A stretch of DNA of 64,000 bases, from NCBI GenBank assembly GCA_965203175.1, contig OZ241867.1:3936001-4000000 (forward strand), in the 5' to 3' direction. The notes under the pieces were generated by a model. The model saw only the letters and a program-made list of their open reading frames with translations. It did not search any database and was not told where the DNA came from. The translations under genes were made by a program, and so were the position numbers. Shown in pieces: positions 60,489-64,000 of the stretch. The stretch's first letter is position 1. Every line of letters starts with the position of its first letter. The DNA comes from Candidatus Latescibacterota bacterium. GTDB taxonomy: Bacteria > Latescibacterota > UBA2968 > UBA8231.

Positions 60489-63263
60489 ATGCGCGGCTTG
60501 GTTTGGGTCGCGTGCGGTTGGATGCTCGCGGCCTCGGCTGCCGACGGCCAGGGCTTTGGCCGCAACAAGGTGCAGTACGCGGAATTCGCGTGGCGGAAGA
60601 TGGAGACCGCGCACTTTGACGTGTACTTCTTTGCCGAAGAGGAGGAGTTGGCCGCGTATGCCGCGCAAATGGCCGAGCGCCAGTTCGCCGATTTGGAAAA
60701 GAAGTTTGCCCACACAGTGCAGCGACGGGTGCCGCTGGTGGTCTATTCCTCGCACATCTACTTCGAACAGACGAATATCATCCCCAATCTCCTGCCCGAG
60801 GGGGTCGCGGGTTTCACCGAATACCTCAAGGGGCGAGTCGCGCTGCCGCTGAGTGGCTCCCTGCCCGAATTCGAGCGGGTGCTGCACCACGAGTTAGTCC
60901 ACGTCTTCACGTTTGACCGGATCGCGCGGGTGCTGGCGCAGCACGGGATATTGGACTTTCGCCCGGCACCGCTGTGGTTTTCCGAAGGGCTGGCCGAGTA
61001 CTGGTCGAGCGAGCCCAATAGCTTTGGCGAAATGGTGGTGCGCGACGCGCTCTTTGCGCAGCGGTTGGTACCCATCGCCGAGATGTACCGCATCCACGGC
61101 ACTTATCAGATGTATAAAGAAGGCGAGTCGATCTGCCATTTTATGGCGGCGCGGCACGGAGCCGATGTATTCGAACAGCTCTTTGCCAATTGGTGGCGCG
61201 GCGAGACCTTTGCCGAGATTTTTGCCATCACGACCGGCGAGAGCTTGGACAAGTTCGACCAAGCTTGGCAATACCATCTGCACAAGCGCCACCTGCCGGC
61301 GATTGCCGACCGCGATCCCCCGTCCGAATTGGCCACCGCCCGCACGCAGCGCGGCTTTAACATCAAACCCGAAATCGTCCCCGGAGACAGCAGCGCATTC
61401 TACCACTTCCGCAACGATCAAGGTTATACGCAGATCGTCCGCACGCGCCGCAGCGATAGTAATCCCGAGATCGTAGTCGAGGGCGAGCGCCTGCCGGTCT
61501 TTGAGTCCCTGCACCCGCTCTCGACGCGGCTGGCCGCCTCCCCGGACGGCAAGTGGCTGGCGTTTGCGGCCAAGAGCCGGGGCCGCGATCACCTGTACAT
61601 CTGGGATGTGGAACAAAAGCGCGCGGTAGGGGATTTGTCGTTTGCAGGAATCGTCGCGATTGCGTCGCCGTCGTTTGCACCCGACGGGCAGCGGCTGGTC
61701 TTTGCCGGCAGCGACGAAGGGGGCTGGACTGACATTTACCTAGTCGATGTAACAGGCGACAGCCTCCGCGCCCTGCGCCGCGACATCTATCACGACCGCG
61801 AGCCCGACTGGTCGCCGGACGGTCGGCACATCGTCTTTAGCTCCGACCGCTGGCCTGGGGGACGGCGCGGCCGCTACAACCTGTTCTTATACGATTTGGC
61901 GACTGAGCAGATCTCGGCCCTCAGCCGCGGCGAGCACAACGACGGCCAGCCGCGTTGGTCTCCGGACGGTCGGCACATCGTCTTTAGCTCCGATCGCGCT
62001 GGCGCGTACAACATCTATGCCTTGCAGCTAGCGGACAAGCGCACTGAGACCCGGCGGTTGACTCACGTGTTGACAGGTGCGTTTGATCCGGTGCTATTGG
62101 CCGATGGCCAGCACCTGCTCTTTTCTGGATATGAGAGCGGCGGCTTCCAGATCTACGAGCTCGCCGTGGACTGGGCCGACAGCGCGCAGGTCAGCTATCA
62201 GCGCATAGAGGAGGCCGCGGCCGAGCCGTGGTCGCTGGCGAGTCTGCACGGCCAGAGCGAGGTCGCCAGCCGGCCCTATGAGCGCAAGATGAGCCTCGAC
62301 ATTGCCCAGGGCCAAATCTCTCAGGATCCAGAGTTTGGCACCTCGGGCGGCATCCAAGTGGCTCTGAGCGACGTGCTGGGCAACGACCAGTATCACTTTG
62401 TGCTTTCGCACATTGCCGCCAGTCGATCCGGTTTCTTCGACGGCCTGAACGTGGCCTTGACGCGTCTCCACCTCGGCCAGCGGCTCAATGCATATTGGGG
62501 CGTGTTCCGGCTCAACGACCGCTTTTCGAGCCGTTTTGGCCGGTTCGTACGCGAAGAGCGCCTGGGTGCCCACGTTGGGTTGAGCTATCCCTTTTCTCAG
62601 CACGACCGCATCGACACTCGGCTCTCGCTGCGCCACGCTGAAATTGACCGGCAATTTGAGGGGCGGAAGCTGTCGGGCTGGCTGGCCAACAACTACGTCA
62701 GCTATACCCACGACAGCAGCCTGTGGATTCCGACCGGGCCACTGGAGGGCCAGCGCTACAGCTTTGGGCTGGCGCAGACGATCGACTTTAAGACCTCGCG
62801 GCGGTTCAATATCGCGCTCTTTGGCGACTACCGGTACTACTTCCGCCTCTCGCAGCGCAGCGCGTTGGCTCTGCGCCTGATGGGCCGGCGCTCCACCGGC
62901 GTGGTACCTGAGTTTTTTTCCTTGGGGGGTAGTTGGACACTGCGGGGTTATCGCTGGCGCTCGCTGTGGGGCAGTAAAATGGTGTTGTACAACCAAGAAT
63001 TGCGCTTCCCCTTGGTCGATCGGTTCTTGCTCCACTTTCCGTTTGGGGCCATAGAGTTTAGCGCCTTCCGGGGCGCGCTCTTTTTCGACGTGGGCAATGC
63101 GTGGAACGACGACTTTGACCAATGGCGTGCGGCGTTTGGCGCGGGGGTGCGCTTGGCCTTGGGTGGGGTTTTCGTCTTTCGCTTGGATGCGGCGCGGCGC
63201 ACGGACTTCAAGTCCATAGATGGCGACACGCGCTGGGACTTCTTCTTTGGCTGGGACTATTAG
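60489..63263 (+). CDS. Zinc-peptidase + PD40/TolB-like propeller + Omp85 barrel protein
   Basis: FGRNKVQY, HELVH and WFSEGLAEY, repeated WSPDG, LRGY, FFDVGNAW, ends GWDY. Confidence 0.87.
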   Translation: MRGLVWVACGWMLAASAADGQGFGRNKVQYAEFAWRKMETAHFDVYFFAEEEELAAYAAQMAERQFADLEKKFAHTVQRRVPLVVYSSHIYFEQTNIIPNLLPEGVAGFTEYLKGRVALPLSGSLPEFERVLHHELVHVFTFDRIARVLAQHGILDFRPAPLWFSEGLAEYWSSEPNSFGEMVVRDALFAQRLVPIAEMYRIHGTYQMYKEGESICHFMAARHGADVFEQLFANWWRGETFAEIFAITTGESLDKFDQAWQYHLHKRHLPAIADRDPPSELATARTQRGFNIKPEIVPGDSSAFYHFRNDQGYTQIVRTRRSDSNPEIVVEGERLPVFESLHPLSTRLAASPDGKWLAFAAKSRGRDHLYIWDVEQKRAVGDLSFAGIVAIASPSFAPDGQRLVFAGSDEGGWTDIYLVDVTGDSLRALRRDIYHDREPDWSPDGRHIVFSSDRWPGGRRGRYNLFLYDLATEQISALSRGEHNDGQPRWSPDGRHIVFSSDRAGAYNIYALQLADKRTETRRLTHVLTGAFDPVLLADGQHLLFSGYESGGFQIYELAVDWADSAQVSYQRIEEAAAEPWSLASLHGQSEVASRPYERKMSLDIAQGQISQDPEFGTSGGIQVALSDVLGNDQYHFVLSHIAASRSGFFDGLNVALTRLHLGQRLNAYWGVFRLNDRFSSRFGRFVREERLGAHVGLSYPFSQHDRIDTRLSLRHAEIDRQFEGRKLSGWLANNYVSYTHDSSLWIPTGPLEGQRYSFGLAQTIDFKTSRRFNIALFGDYRYYFRLSQRSALALRLMGRRSTGVVPEFFSLGGSWTLRGYRWRSLWGSKMVLYNQELRFPLVDRFLLHFPFGAIEFSAFRGALFFDVGNAWNDDFDQWRAAFGAGVRLALGGVFVFRLDAARRTDFKSIDGDTRWDFFFGWDY

Positions 63264-63267
63264 ATAG

Positions 63268-64000
63268 ATGATGCGCTACGCCCTGCTCGGATTCTGGCTC
63301 TTGACCGCCTGTGGCGAAAAGGTGCTTTACCTCGGCGAGCCGGGGCGTGGCACAGTGGGGGTTGAGCCGCCGCTGCAACTTTTGTGGACGCACAAAATGG
63401 ACGGCTCGCCACTGGGCGGCGCGCTCTTTGCCGGCGATCTGATCCTACAACTGAGCACCTCGTCCACCCTTTATGCGTTGGACCGGCGCAACGGTGCCTT
63501 GTTGGGCAAGCATGGATACGACAAGATGGCGTGTGCCCCTGGGCGGTTGGCCGGGGAGCTATACGCGCTGGGGGTGCTGGGCCGCAAGCCCGCCTTGAGA
63601 GTTTTGAACCGGCGGACTGCGACTGAGCGTTGGCGGCATGAGGGGACGTTTTGTCAGGTACCGGTCGTGCGCGGAGATACCCTAATCGCGGTGGATGATA
63701 AAGGCGTGGTGCAGGCGCTGCGCCTCACCGACGGGCGTTTGCTATGGCGCGCCGAATTGGGTGGGCTGGCGCGAACTGGGCTGTCGCTGAGCGGCGACCT
63801 CGCAGTTGCCGGTACCGCATCTGGGGACTTGGTGGCCCTGAGCGCGACAACCGGCCAAGAGCGCTGGCGCACAAGTCTAGAGGAAGCTGTACGCTCGCAG
63901 CCCGTACTTGCTGGTGAGCAGGTAGTTACGGCGACGGCTTCCGGCCGGGTACTAGCCGCGCACCGCGACTCCGGTCAGGTGGTGTGGGAGCGTGCCTTAG
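63268..64000 (+). CDS. PQQ-like beta-propeller (BamB-like) lipoprotein, 3'-truncated by window edge
   Basis: Manual translation MMRYALLGFWLLTACGEK; repeats ALDRRNG, ALRLTDGRLLW, ALSATTGQERW; frame open to the window end. Confidence 0.85.
   Translation, partial: MMRYALLGFWLLTACGEKVLYLGEPGRGTVGVEPPLQLLWTHKMDGSPLGGALFAGDLILQLSTSSTLYALDRRNGALLGKHGYDKMACAPGRLAGELYALGVLGRKPALRVLNRRTATERWRHEGTFCQVPVVRGDTLIAVDDKGVVQALRLTDGRLLWRAELGGLARTGLSLSGDLAVAGTASGDLVALSATTGQERWRTSLEEAVRSQPVLAGEQVVTATASGRVLAAHRDSGQVVWERAL

Overview
Bacterial chromosomal segment, roughly 60% GC by eye, from a diderm (Omp85, RND and lipoprotein genes). The gene content loosely suggests a Gemmatimonadota/Latescibacterota-like lineage, but that is inference only. 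1-11.5 kb is the S10-spc-alpha ribosomal superoperon (rplB to rplQ, lacking adk/map/infA). It is followed by rlmD, a sigma54 activator with a pseudo-receiver domain, a ClpX paralogue, and a 14.5 kb MoxR/DUF58/Bat operon containing a Gld-type ABC module. 34.5-49 kb is accessory-rich: an ABC-ATPase + TOPRIM-like pair, a degenerate CuA lipoprotein, a structured leader RNA ahead of a protein carrying a degenerate SecA fragment, an R-M cassette bounded by a 13-bp direct repeat, a non-canonical PolX, and an LLM-SnoaL-PhyH cassette bounded by a synonymously diverged duplicate of the acrB 3' end. The rest holds an RND pump, M48 peptidase, a split phosphorylase / SPL-like radical SAM / SDR set, a Ser/Ser DapF and a metallo-Omp85 with a BamB-like partner. 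The strongest candidates for new biology are (i) two integrase-free cassettes that each replace the gene end they disrupt and (ii) the leader RNA plus SecA-fragment fusion gene. No rRNA, tRNA, CRISPR array, transposase or integrase was seen. All family calls are by motif recognition, not database search.
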